This document shows positions 19,833 to 29,276 of a stretch of 64,000 nt of DNA, in pieces. Made by a program: the position numbers and the translations under genes. Source of the stretch: a virus. Lineage: Duplodnaviria > Caudoviricetes. The first letter of the stretch is position 1; each line of letters begins with the position of its first letter. The stretch is from the IMG/VR virus record IMGVR_UViG_2911420635_000004, positions 1 through 64,000 of that record; one strand, given 5' to 3'. Below the pieces are notes generated by a model. The model was not told the DNA's origin. It worked only from the letters and a program-made list of their open reading frames with translations, and made no database searches.

Positions 19833-20171
19833 ATGCCGCATGTATTGAAAATGAAGGACGGAAAACTTCTGACACCCTTTGGCATCCGGGATCTGCTGGA
19901 TGCGGTGCAGGACTATGCCGGAGAGGAACTTCGCCGGGAGATCGAGGAATATATCGAAACTAATGTGCAGGATATCGATGATTACGAAAAGGAATATGAC
20001 CGTATGGAGCAGGACAATGAACGCCTTGCTGACCATCAGCGGTCGGTCCTCTGTAACATCCGGGACGAGGTGGATGCGCTGGATACACTCCTGCAGGACA
20101 CCCGACTGAACCGCAGGCGCATGCAGGGAGCAGTCCGGATCATCCAACAGATGATCAACCGGGAACTGTAA
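19833..20171 (+). CDS. Hypothetical coiled-coil phage protein
   Basis: ORF following the polymerase with ggggtga RBS. Confidence 0.6.
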   Translation: MPHVLKMKDGKLLTPFGIRDLLDAVQDYAGEELRREIEEYIETNVQDIDDYEKEYDRMEQDNERLADHQRSVLCNIRDEVDALDTLLQDTRLNRRRMQGAVRIIQQMINREL

Positions 20172-20270
20172 GCACTTGGAACTTAGAATAACACGGCGTC
20201 ATTGTTATAAGGACACAGACGCATAAACAGGCGTATAAATATGCGCCACAGAAATGAAAGGGAAAACACT

Positions 20271-21338
20271 ATGAAAACAGGTAGAAATTTGCAGGAAGTC
20301 CTGGTCGAGTTGAACCGTCAGAATCAGGCAAAGCAGGACTTCATCAGTCCGGCGCAGGGAATGCGTCTCCGGGAAGATGGACACACCTTTGAGATCAACC
20401 ATATTACGACCAACCAGCAGGAGGTGTTTGGTACGACCTCGCTGTTCCATCGTCAGGTGGCATCGGCACTGGGCATCCCGGCCAAATACTATGATCTCAT
20501 GCAGGCACAGAAGCCGGAGCTCCTGGCCGAGAACGTGAACAGCTGGTTTGCGGACAAGCCCAGTTCTTACATGGTCCGCTCGATGGATTATGGTGCCGGA
20601 CAGGTGGCCCGTGCGCTGCTGTCGGAACGCTATCGCCGCATCGACAACATGGAAATCGCCACATCTGTCCTGCCTCTGTTCGCTGGAAACGATCAGTACG
20701 AGGTGATGTCCTGCGAGGTGACGGAAAACCGTCTGTACCTCAAGGTGGTCAATCACCGTCTGGAGATGGAAGTCCGCAAGGGCGATATCGTCCAGGCCGG
20801 TGTGATGATCTCCAACTCCGAGGTTGGTCTGGGTGCTGTGTCCATTCAGCCTCTGGTATATCGTCTTGTTTGCACCAACGGCATGGTGGTCAATGACATG
20901 GGCGAACGCCGTCATCATGTGGGCCGGCAGGCAAAAGCAGTGGAGGACAGTTTTGCACTGTATTCGGATGAAACGATGGAAGCGGAAGACAAGGCATTTC
21001 TGCTGAAACTCCGCGATACCACGATGGCTGCTATTGATGAGAGCAGATTCTCTCAGGTGGTCGGCCGCCTGCAGGAATCTATGGCAGTACCGATCACCGG
21101 AAAGGTGCAGGATGTGGTGCAGTTGACCGCGCAGAGCTATGGCATTAATGCCGAGGAGCAGGAAGGCATCCTCAAGTACCTCATCGAAGGCGGCGACCTT
21201 TCTCTGTACGGCCTTTCCAATGCGGTGACCCGCGCATCGCAGGACGTGGTTTCCTATGACCGTGCCACCACACTGGAAGGCATCGGCTGGCAGGTCGCCA
21301 CGATGGAGCCGCAGCAGTGGAAGCAGATCAATCAGTGA
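20271..21338 (+). CDS. DUF932-like phage/plasmid protein
   Basis: LLSERYRRIDN, ISNSEVGLG, YRLVCTNGMV motifs. Confidence 0.75.
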   Translation: MKTGRNLQEVLVELNRQNQAKQDFISPAQGMRLREDGHTFEINHITTNQQEVFGTTSLFHRQVASALGIPAKYYDLMQAQKPELLAENVNSWFADKPSSYMVRSMDYGAGQVARALLSERYRRIDNMEIATSVLPLFAGNDQYEVMSCEVTENRLYLKVVNHRLEMEVRKGDIVQAGVMISNSEVGLGAVSIQPLVYRLVCTNGMVVNDMGERRHHVGRQAKAVEDSFALYSDETMEAEDKAFLLKLRDTTMAAIDESRFSQVVGRLQESMAVPITGKVQDVVQLTAQSYGINAEEQEGILKYLIEGGDLSLYGLSNAVTRASQDVVSYDRATTLEGIGWQVATMEPQQWKQINQ

Positions 21339-21347
21339 GGTGACGGT

Positions 21348-21554
21348 ATGGAAGATGTCATTCACTGGGTTACAGAACACAAAGAGGAGAACCCTCCGAA
21401 CAGGAAAGTCAGCCACAGCCACCCGGACCCGACTGCAGATGAAGCCATCAGTAATGTGATCCGGGAAGAAGGCAAGAAAAAACACAAGAAAAGAAAACGC
21501 CCGCGGATCGGTGTTTGGAGAGCGAAGGAGGCAAAGCCGGATGAGGGAAAGTGA
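21348..21554 (+). CDS. Small basic hypothetical protein
   Basis: 68-aa ORF coupled to its neighbours; RBS gaggtga. Confidence 0.55.
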   Translation: MEDVIHWVTEHKEENPPNRKVSHSHPDPTADEAISNVIREEGKKKHKKRKRPRIGVWRAKEAKPDEGK

Positions 21555-21960
21555 AGTAGAAAAGCAGCTTGTAGCTGCGGTGAGGGCTGTCGGAGGACAG
21601 GCCCTCAAATTTACCAGTCAGAGCATGAATGGTGTGCCGGATCGTCTGGTTCTGCTGCTCGGCGGCAAGTGTGCGTTTGTGGAGCTGAAAGCCCCTGGAA
21701 AGCAGATGCGCATCCTTCAGCGAAAGCGCAGACTGCAGCTGGAGACACTGGGCTTTCCGGTGTTCTGTGTTGACCGTTTGGAGCAGATCCGGCCTGCGGT
21801 GGACGCACTCCTGCACTGGACGCCGGGTGAGCCTATCCCACAGGGGATCGGGGCGAAAATCCCGGAGATGCCGGAAGTTACGCTGCCGCAGGGAGATACA
21901 CAAAGCGAGGAGCCGGAAACACAGGCACAGGATGCCGGGGAGGAGGTGATGCCGCTATGA
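21541..21960 (+). CDS. VRR-NUC domain nuclease
   Basis: MRESEVEK..L, GVPDRLVL, FVELKAPG motifs. Confidence 0.9.
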   Translation: MRESEVEKQLVAAVRAVGGQALKFTSQSMNGVPDRLVLLLGGKCAFVELKAPGKQMRILQRKRRLQLETLGFPVFCVDRLEQIRPAVDALLHWTPGEPIPQGIGAKIPEMPEVTLPQGDTQSEEPETQAQDAGEEVMPL

Positions 21961-23339
21961 AGTTCATTCCACACGATTATCAGAGTTACTGCACCGAGTA
22001 TATTAAAACGCACCCGACTGCAGCCCTTTTTCTGGATATGGGCTTGGGTTAAGGAAAGACCGTCATAACCCTTTCTGCAATCAAAGACCTTATGCTTGAG
22101 ACTTTCGAGGTTAACAAGGTTCTCATCATTGCACCGCTGCGTGTTGCCCGTGACACATGGCCGGCAGAGATTGAAAAGTGGGATCACTTAAAAGGGCTGG
22201 ACATTTCCATCATCGTTGGAGATGTCAAGACCCGGATCGCAGCAGTCCACCACCCGGCGATGATCTACATCGTCAATCGGGAGAACATCAAGTGGCTGGT
22301 GGAGTATTACGAGAAAAATGGAATGCGCTGGGATTTTGGCATGGTTGTGATCGATGAGCTGTCATCGTTCAAGAACTATCAGTCCCAGCGTTTTAAGTTC
22401 CTGCGAAAAGTCCGCCCGTTTGTGAAGCGGTGGGTTGGTCTGACCGGCACACCTTCTTCCAACGGCCTTATGGATTTGTGGGCAGAGATTGGGATTCTGG
22501 ATGGCGGGGAGCGCCTTGGAAAGTTTATCGGCCGCTACCGGGAAGCCTACTTTAAGGCTGGGTCGATGAACCCGGCAACAGGAATCGTGTTCCAGTATGT
22601 ACCAAGACAGGGAGCAGAGGAGATGATCTACCAGCGGATCTCTGACATCACGATTTCTATGAAGGCTCTGGATTATCTCAATATGCCGGATTGTGTACCT
22701 ACAAGGTGCGAAGTCGAGATGAACACGCAGGAAAGGGAACTCTACGATATGCTTCGGCAGGATCTTTTGATTCCGCTGAAAGACGGTGACATAGACGCTG
22801 CCAATGCTGCATCACTGACAGGGAAGCTGTTGCAGATGAGCAATGGCGCGGTCTATGACGAGAACGGCAAGGCGAGAGTCATTCACGACCACAAGCTGGA
22901 AGCTCTCGAAGACCTGATCGAAGCCGCCAACGGACAGCCGGTGATGGTAGCTTACTGGTTTAAGCATGACAGGGAGCGTATCATCAACCATCTGTCGAAG
23001 CTGAAGATCAAAGTCCGGGATATCAAGAGCAGTACCGACATCAAGGATTGGAATGCTGGAAACATCCCGGTCGCCCTGATCCATCCTGCATCGGCCGGAC
23101 ATGGCCTGAACATCCAGCAGGGCGGACACATCCTGATCTGGTTTGGGCTGACCTGGTCTTTGGAGTTGTATCAGCAGACCAATGCCCGGCTTTGGCGGCA
23201 GGGACAGACCCATGTGGTGACCATTCACCACATCATCACGAAGAATACCGTGGACGAGGATGTCATGGCGGCATTGGAGCAGAAGGACATGACACAGGAA
23301 AAGCTGATATCTGCCGTTAGAGCACGGCTGGAGGAATAG
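21957..23339 (+). CDS. SNF2-like DEAD/DEAH helicase interrupted by an in-frame TAA (22050-22052) within Walker A
   Basis: ATG 21957 gives MKFIPHDYQ...LFLDMGLG*GKTVITL, in frame with ORF 22092-23339 (VIDELS, LTGTP, HGLNIQ, QTNARLWRQGQ). Confidence 0.85.
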
Positions 23340-23348
23340 GAGAAAATT

Positions 23349-24116
23349 ATGGAAAAGAATACGACCAATTACAAGTTTCTGAATGCAAAGGATCGTGCCT
23401 CTGAGAGAAAGAACTCTCACGGCATTCTGGATACCGACCGATATCACTACAAGACTGCACCGCATGTGCAGACCGGCAAGCGGAAGCGCGACAATGATGG
23501 ATTTTTCACACCGTATGCGATGTTTCGTCCGTACAGTGGCACCGGCCTGCTGTGTGCGATTTTTGGGGAAACGCCTGCCCGTAAGAACTCTGATCTGCGA
23601 GTTACACAGGATATGCTGGCAAAGGAAGCCTATGAGCATGAAATCGAACTGCTCATGTGTCAGGCAAAAGCCTACGAGCTTCAGTTTCACAAGCGTTTCT
23701 GTGCGGAAGACCGTGCGGAGGAATGCTATGCGAAAGCAGTGGCGGCAGGCAAACACCCGGATGCACCGAAGCTGACGGCGGAGGATACCAGACAGACGAT
23801 TCTGGATGCGGTTACCTGGCGTTTCGATTGGATTCAGCAGAACAAGAGAAAGTGCTATCGCTTTGCCGAGATCCTGATCGATGCAAAGGAGCACCATCTG
23901 GTGACAGACAGGGAAGAAAAAGAAAACTTTGTTGACCTGTTTGTGCGGAATGCAGCTCTGATGCCGGAGCCGAACCGCAAGCTGATCGACTGCATGTACG
24001 AGGCAGCATGGTATTCCATCTATATGTTCAAGTATGGATTGGATGGACAGAAGGTGCCGGCACCGTGGTACGACACAAAAGAGAATGATTCAGGAAAGGG
24101 CAGGGTGAACGACTGA
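23349..24116 (+). CDS. Hypothetical phage protein
   Basis: 255-aa ORF with RBS ggaga. Confidence 0.6.
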   Translation: MEKNTTNYKFLNAKDRASERKNSHGILDTDRYHYKTAPHVQTGKRKRDNDGFFTPYAMFRPYSGTGLLCAIFGETPARKNSDLRVTQDMLAKEAYEHEIELLMCQAKAYELQFHKRFCAEDRAEECYAKAVAAGKHPDAPKLTAEDTRQTILDAVTWRFDWIQQNKRKCYRFAEILIDAKEHHLVTDREEKENFVDLFVRNAALMPEPNRKLIDCMYEAAWYSIYMFKYGLDGQKVPAPWYDTKENDSGKGRVND

Positions 24117-24496
24117 TGGGAATGGCAGCGGACAATTTGGAATGCTACGAGAATCTGGCGAATGCAATCATCCTGCAGGCTGTCAAGGATTATAAAACTG
24201 TACTGTTCCGTCTGGAGGACCATCCGAACAACCGGGATGCGCAATTTGAGAAAAAGAGGCTGGAAGGTTTCTTTCACTCCAACTGGTACAACACGCTGAC
24301 GGATCTGGATGCCTGCACACTCATTTCAGGTGTGCAGGCAAGAGTGAAGGTTGAAGCCATGGAGCGTAGAAGGAGGAGGGCAGAAAACCTGCGCCGGAAA
24401 GCGGAGCGCGAGATGAAAAAGCTCGTGAAGCTGCTCACGGAAGCCGGTGCTGCTCTGACTCCAGAGAACATCCGGGCATTAGGTGATATTGCGTGA
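24116..24496 (+). CDS. Conserved phage protein
   Basis: YENLANAIILQAVKDY pattern typical of Firmicutes phages. Confidence 0.65.
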   Translation: MGMAADNLECYENLANAIILQAVKDYKTVLFRLEDHPNNRDAQFEKKRLEGFFHSNWYNTLTDLDACTLISGVQARVKVEAMERRRRRAENLRRKAEREMKKLVKLLTEAGAALTPENIRALGDIA

Positions 24497-24529
24497 TAAA
24501 AATAAACAGACCAGAACAGGAGGAGCAGT

Positions 24530-25072
24530 ATGGCAGACGAGATGGATTATATGGAACAGGCAAAGGAACTGGCTGATTCCTATAGGCTGCTGGTACACAG
24601 GCGGGATATGCTCCGGCAGCAGTACGAGGATTCCCGGTCCTGGTTTTACACTAAGGACGAGATCATCTACAAGTTGTCGCAGGGCGCACATGAGGAATCC
24701 GAGCGTGTCCAGACCAGCGGTACATCAAATCCGGTGGAACGCACCGTGCTGAACTGTGACAAGGTGCTGGCATCCATGAACCGGGAAGTACAGACCCAGC
24801 GCACCGAGCAGTTTCTGGAACCCTATTACAAGGTCTGTGAAGATATCGAGTTGTTCGAGGTTGGACTGCACAGTCTTCGGGGGTGTACGCGGATCGTGGC
24901 AGAGCAGCTCTTTGTGGACGGCAGAAAGCAGTCGGAGATCACTGGTTTGGATGGGAGAACTTTAAGCCGCCGGGTGGTGGAGCGAGAGAAAGAAACTGCA
25001 TTGCAGGGGATTGCGGATGTGATCCGTTTGCATGACAGACACAGGAGGGGAGAATGTGGGAAGACCGATTAA
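24530..25072 (+). CDS. Phage late transcriptional regulator-like (ArpU/RinA/DUF1492-like)
   Basis: VQTSGTSNPVERTV and C-terminal HTH-like region; position at the end of the replication module. Confidence 0.5.
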   Translation: MADEMDYMEQAKELADSYRLLVHRRDMLRQQYEDSRSWFYTKDEIIYKLSQGAHEESERVQTSGTSNPVERTVLNCDKVLASMNREVQTQRTEQFLEPYYKVCEDIELFEVGLHSLRGCTRIVAEQLFVDGRKQSEITGLDGRTLSRRVVEREKETALQGIADVIRLHDRHRRGECGKTD

Positions 25073-25502
25073 GTGGAGTTTTCAGCCGGATAAACGGCAT
25101 GAAGCCATAGCAAAAGATGCCTGCGGCGGTTATGAAAAACTCAAGGCAGACATTGCGGAAAAGGAGAAAATGCTGGCCGAGATCAAACAGGAACAGGCAG
25201 CGGCTATCTCCGATTTGGAGCGCGGCATCAAGGAAGAGATGTATACGGAGTGCAAAAGGGAGTACGATAAGCAGAGCACACGGCTTCGTATTATGGAACT
25301 GGCTCTGAGCCGGGTGTCTGATTCTGATGCGAGGGCAGCAGTCAGACAGTTCTATTTTGAGCGTATTCCGTTGAAGTCGATGAAGGATTCCAATGGCTGT
25401 TCTTTTGGAAAAAGCAGGGCAGATTATTACAAGGGAAAAGGCTTCAAAGAATTTGTAGTAAATTTGGAAAAAGAGGGCTTTTTCAGGAAAAACAGCAGTT
25501 AA
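25056..25502 (+). CDS. Second ArpU/RinA-like regulator
   Basis: Coiled coil then ARAAVRQFYFERIPL..; GTG start after ggagggg RBS. Confidence 0.45.
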   Translation: MGRPIKWSFQPDKRHEAIAKDACGGYEKLKADIAEKEKMLAEIKQEQAAAISDLERGIKEEMYTECKREYDKQSTRLRIMELALSRVSDSDARAAVRQFYFERIPLKSMKDSNGCSFGKSRADYYKGKGFKEFVVNLEKEGFFRKNSS

Positions 25503-25538
25503 TTAGGAAAACTGCTTCTTATGCGTACATCGGCTTTT

Positions 25539-25629
25539 TGCTATACTTTATACTAGGAAAATAAGATAAAACCGGGAGCGGATAAGAGTGCTGGGAGCGA
25601 AAGCTGCCCGGTATTTTTATCCGCTTTTT
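25539..25629 (+). promoter_or_regulatory. Extended -10 promoter plus 21-bp GNRA-capped hairpin/terminator upstream of the MazF-like gene
   Basis: TGCTATACT at 25539-47; stem 25578-25624 with GAAA loop and G-U pairs, then T5. Confidence 0.55.
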
Positions 25630-25702
25630 ACATGTTATGCCGTCACGGATTCGGATTCCGGACGGCTGTTTTTGTATCAGGAGAGAAGAGGTGAAACCCA
25701 GA

Positions 25703-26353
25703 ATGGGGAGAAAGAAAAGCAACGCACGGATTCTGCCGCGTGGCAGGAAGATCCATGTGAACAAGTACATCAACAAGCGTGGCTGCACCAAGCATAAAAG
25801 CGCCGCCACGCATAACCACAGCACCGAAAAGCAGCAGGAAAGCAGCCACACAACTTATGACAGCTTCCCCGCTTACAACTGGCCGACGACCAGAATCCCG
25901 AAGCAGTATGAGATCTGGTTTGCAGAGCTTGGTAACCATTATGGCACCTGTGTGCAGAGTGGGAACCGTCCGGTGCTGATCCTGACAAACGATATTGCGA
26001 ACCGTTATTCGCAGACCTTCACAGTTATTCCGCTTACGAGCAAGATGAAAAAGCTCGACCTGCCAACACATATCGTGCTGACAGAAGCACATTGTGAGAT
26101 GCTCAGAGCGGAACGACTGGAGGATTCCATTTTGCTGGTCGAGCAGATCACAACGATCGACCAGTCGGCACTGTTTGGACGCCTTTGCAGGGTGATCTCT
26201 GCTGAGAAAAAGCAGGAGATTGAACAGGCTGTGGCAAGGCAATTTGATATGCACAGTACTAAGAAAAACAAACAAAATACAGACGAAAATGCTGCGCGCG
26301 GCAGCAATGCCAATTACGGCAGCAACTCTGTACACAGCAGGAAGGAGGTCTAA
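25703..26353 (+). CDS. PemK/MazF-family endoribonuclease with basic N-terminal extension
   Basis: EIWFAELG, VQSGNRPVLILTND, TVIPLTS, LPTHI, LVEQITTID motifs. Confidence 0.85.
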   Translation: MGRKKSNARILPRGRKIHVNKYINKRGCTKHKSAATHNHSTEKQQESSHTTYDSFPAYNWPTTRIPKQYEIWFAELGNHYGTCVQSGNRPVLILTNDIANRYSQTFTVIPLTSKMKKLDLPTHIVLTEAHCEMLRAERLEDSILLVEQITTIDQSALFGRLCRVISAEKKQEIEQAVARQFDMHSTKKNKQNTDENAARGSNANYGSNSVHSRKEV

Positions 26354-26358
26354 CCGCT

Positions 26359-28770
26359 ATGGTGGATATCAAAAATATCCCGGCAGAGCTGAAGACCTCC
26401 TGCCGGTTTTGTGTCTGGAAATTTGAAAAGCGAAACGGTCAGAAGACCAAGATGCCGTATAACCCGGCGAACGGTGACAGAGCAAAGATCAATGACCTCC
26501 GAACCTTTGCGGATTTCAAGACCACGCTTGTTACCTACGCGATGGGCGGCTATGATGGCATTGGCATTGCGGTTGGCAGTGGTATCGGAGCTTTCGACAT
26601 CGACCACTGCATCCGGGAGGATGGTACGCTGAACGATACTGCGGACACTGTACTTTCGATCTTCCCTACAGCGTATGTAGAGAAGTCACCGTCCGGCAAA
26701 GGACTACGTGGATTCTTCCATGTGCCTGAAGACTACGTCTATGACAAGACGGTTTATTACATCAACAACCGCAGCAAAGGGCTGGAAGTGTATATGCCCG
26801 GTGCGACTAACCGCTTCGTTACCGTGACGGGAGATGTTTACCGCACAGGTGAGATCCCAAACGATGAAACGGCAATGACCACTCTGCTGGACTCGCTGAT
26901 GAAGCGAAATAAGCAGGTGCAGCAGACCCATTTCCAGCACCATTCATATCTGGATGACGAGGCTGTTATTGCACATGCCAATGAAGCCAGCAACAGTGAG
27001 AAGTTCAAAAGGCTGTTTGCCGGTGAGTGGGAAGACCTCTACGGCAGTCAGTCGGATGCAGATATGGCGTTCCTGTCTATTCTGGCATTCTGGTGCGGCT
27101 GTGATGAGGAGCAGATGGACCGCATCTTCCGCACATCTGGTCTGATGCGCCCGAAGTGGGATCGCAAACAGGCTGGTTCAACCTACGGTGCCATCTCTAT
27201 CCGCAACACAGTCAATACCTGCGCTTCCGTTTACATTCCTGTCAACGCGCAGGACATTGTGGATGAGGAGTTTGCAAATCTTGACTCTGATGATAAAGAG
27301 GCGGAGCGGCCACCGGACATCAGCAAGCTCACGCTGTCGCTGGAAGAAATGGCTCCGCACACGAATCCGCGCTACGGCAGGGATGAGATTGGTTTGGGCA
27401 ACATGTTCGCCGATTTTTTCAAGCCTATCGCACGGTACAACAGTGAACGCGGCATCTGGTTTGTCTATGATGGAGTTGTCTGGCAACCGGACATGGAGAA
27501 CCTTAAGGTGGCAGAGCTTGCGAAATATCTGGCAGATAAGCTGTATCTGTTTGCATTGAAGATTACAGAAGAAGATGTTAGAAAGCGGTTCATCGACCGC
27601 GTCCGGAAGCTCCAGCTCCGCAAGCACCGTGACACGATGCTGAAAGACGCGAAGTCCGTATTCCCACTGTCCATGAAGCAGTACGATCAGGATATCTATC
27701 TTTTCAACTGTAAAAATGGAACACTGGATCTGCGGACGATGGAATTCCGGGAACACCGCCCGGAGGATTTTCTCACAAAAGTGTCCCCTGTGATATATGA
27801 CCCGGATGCCGACTGCCCTCGCTGGCGGACGTTCATCACGGAGATCATGCAGGGGGATAAGGCCAGAGCAGACTATCTTCAGAAGGCTATCGGATACTCG
27901 TTGACTGGTGACACACGCATGGAGTGCTTGTTTATTCTGTACGGTCCGACATCCAGAAACGGTAAGGGTACCACAATGGAGAGCATCCTGCGTATTATGG
28001 GCGAGTACGGTAAAAATGCAGATCCGACCATGCTGCAGGCGAAGTTTAACAGCCAGAGCGGAGGACCGTCTGAGGAAATCGCCCGGCTTGCCGGCTCCCG
28101 TTTTGTAAACATCTCCGAGCCGGAGAAAAAGATCACTCTGGATGCAGCTCTTACCAAACGACTGACCGGTAACGATACGATCACAGCCCGGTATCTGCAT
28201 GAGAACAGTTTTGAGTTCCGACCGAACTTCAAAATTTTCATCAACACGAACCATCGTCCGAATATCACAGACCTTACGCTGTTTGAGTCTGGCCGAATCA
28301 AAATCATTCCGTTTGACCGGCATTTTGAAGAAAATGAACAGGATAAGGATCTAAAGTCCACTTTTGCTAAACCGGAAAATATGTCCGGCATTCTGAACTG
28401 GATGCTCGAAGGCTATAAGCTGTTCCGCAGTCAGGGACTTGCCATGCCGGATTCTGTCGTTCAGGCAACAACGGACTATCAGATATTCTCAGATAAGATG
28501 GGTCAGTTTTTTGATGAATGCATTGAAGAAAAGGAAGGGTGTGAGCTTCGGCGCGGTGCAGTTTACACACGCTACAAAGAGTGGTGTGGAGAGAATGGCT
28601 ACCGGGCAGAGGCAGCCAAGAATCTAAACCAGGAGATTGAAAAGCGGTACAAGACTGCAAGAAAGCGTCCGAATGACGGTGCCTCCAGCAGTACGACTCC
28701 GATGGTCCTGGATGTGGCGTTCACGGCAAGTGAAGAGTCAAAAGAGGACTTTGCACCATTGACATCATGA
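26359..28770 (+). CDS. Primase-polymerase fused to D5/P4-type SF3 helicase
   Basis: N-terminal KMPYNP, FDIDHC, EKSPSGKGL; SQSDAD..F..ILAFW; Walker A GPTSRNGKGT; FINTNHRP. Confidence 0.9.
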   Translation: MVDIKNIPAELKTSCRFCVWKFEKRNGQKTKMPYNPANGDRAKINDLRTFADFKTTLVTYAMGGYDGIGIAVGSGIGAFDIDHCIREDGTLNDTADTVLSIFPTAYVEKSPSGKGLRGFFHVPEDYVYDKTVYYINNRSKGLEVYMPGATNRFVTVTGDVYRTGEIPNDETAMTTLLDSLMKRNKQVQQTHFQHHSYLDDEAVIAHANEASNSEKFKRLFAGEWEDLYGSQSDADMAFLSILAFWCGCDEEQMDRIFRTSGLMRPKWDRKQAGSTYGAISIRNTVNTCASVYIPVNAQDIVDEEFANLDSDDKEAERPPDISKLTLSLEEMAPHTNPRYGRDEIGLGNMFADFFKPIARYNSERGIWFVYDGVVWQPDMENLKVAELAKYLADKLYLFALKITEEDVRKRFIDRVRKLQLRKHRDTMLKDAKSVFPLSMKQYDQDIYLFNCKNGTLDLRTMEFREHRPEDFLTKVSPVIYDPDADCPRWRTFITEIMQGDKARADYLQKAIGYSLTGDTRMECLFILYGPTSRNGKGTTMESILRIMGEYGKNADPTMLQAKFNSQSGGPSEEIARLAGSRFVNISEPEKKITLDAALTKRLTGNDTITARYLHENSFEFRPNFKIFINTNHRPNITDLTLFESGRIKIIPFDRHFEENEQDKDLKSTFAKPENMSGILNWMLEGYKLFRSQGLAMPDSVVQATTDYQIFSDKMGQFFDECIEEKEGCELRRGAVYTRYKEWCGENGYRAEAAKNLNQEIEKRYKTARKRPNDGASSSTTPMVLDVAFTASEESKEDFAPLTS

Positions 28771-28797
28771 GCTTGAAATTCAAGGTACGGACGGATT

Positions 28798-29157
28798 TGT
28801 TGCGGCTGTTGCTGGAAGAACACAGTGAAATCTATTGTTTTTGATTTTCATAAGTTCCCATCAAAATACCAGCAACACACGACTTCGGAGTCGCGTTACC
28901 AGCAACAGCAGCAACGCCTCAGCAACAGAAAAACGTAGGAAAATCAAGGGTTTTCGGTGCTGTTGCGAGTGTTGCGAGTGAAAACCCTATTTTATTTATA
29001 TTATTTTCTTTTATATACTATTTACTTTTTACTAGCAACAATAGCAACAAAAGAAAAAATATAGATCTTAACACCCCTGAAAAGTGCGTAAAATCAATAT
29101 TTTTGGGGACTGGACACCTCGCTTTGTGAGGAAAGCGCCAGCAACACACCAGCAACA
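28798..29157. repeat. Iteron-like GCAACA repeats around an AT-rich core (putative replication origin)
   Basis: About 12 copies of GCAACA/TGTTGC (mostly (C/T)AGCAACA) in both orientations flanking AT-rich 28981-29070. Confidence 0.65.
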
Positions 29158-29276
29158 GATTCAGAGGACACATTGAAACTACACAATGGAACATCGCAGG
29201 CCGCTTTTGTGGGAGCCTATTTGTGGGCAAGGGCAAAGGCGGCCTGCTTTGTGATACATGAAAGAGAGGACAGAAC

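Noticed and set aside
22050-22052. Genome-wide stop-codon reassignment
   Set aside because: TAA terminates many neighbouring genes normally; simple read-through would also leave two extra residues in the P-loop
20205-23897. Long minus-strand ORFs (20205-21608, 22812-23897) and similar ones at 27178-28323, 29217-30443, 31572-33098, 36565-37911, 51367-52584 and 54637-55698
   Set aside because: Antisense shadows of well-supported GC-rich genes; no motifs or RBS
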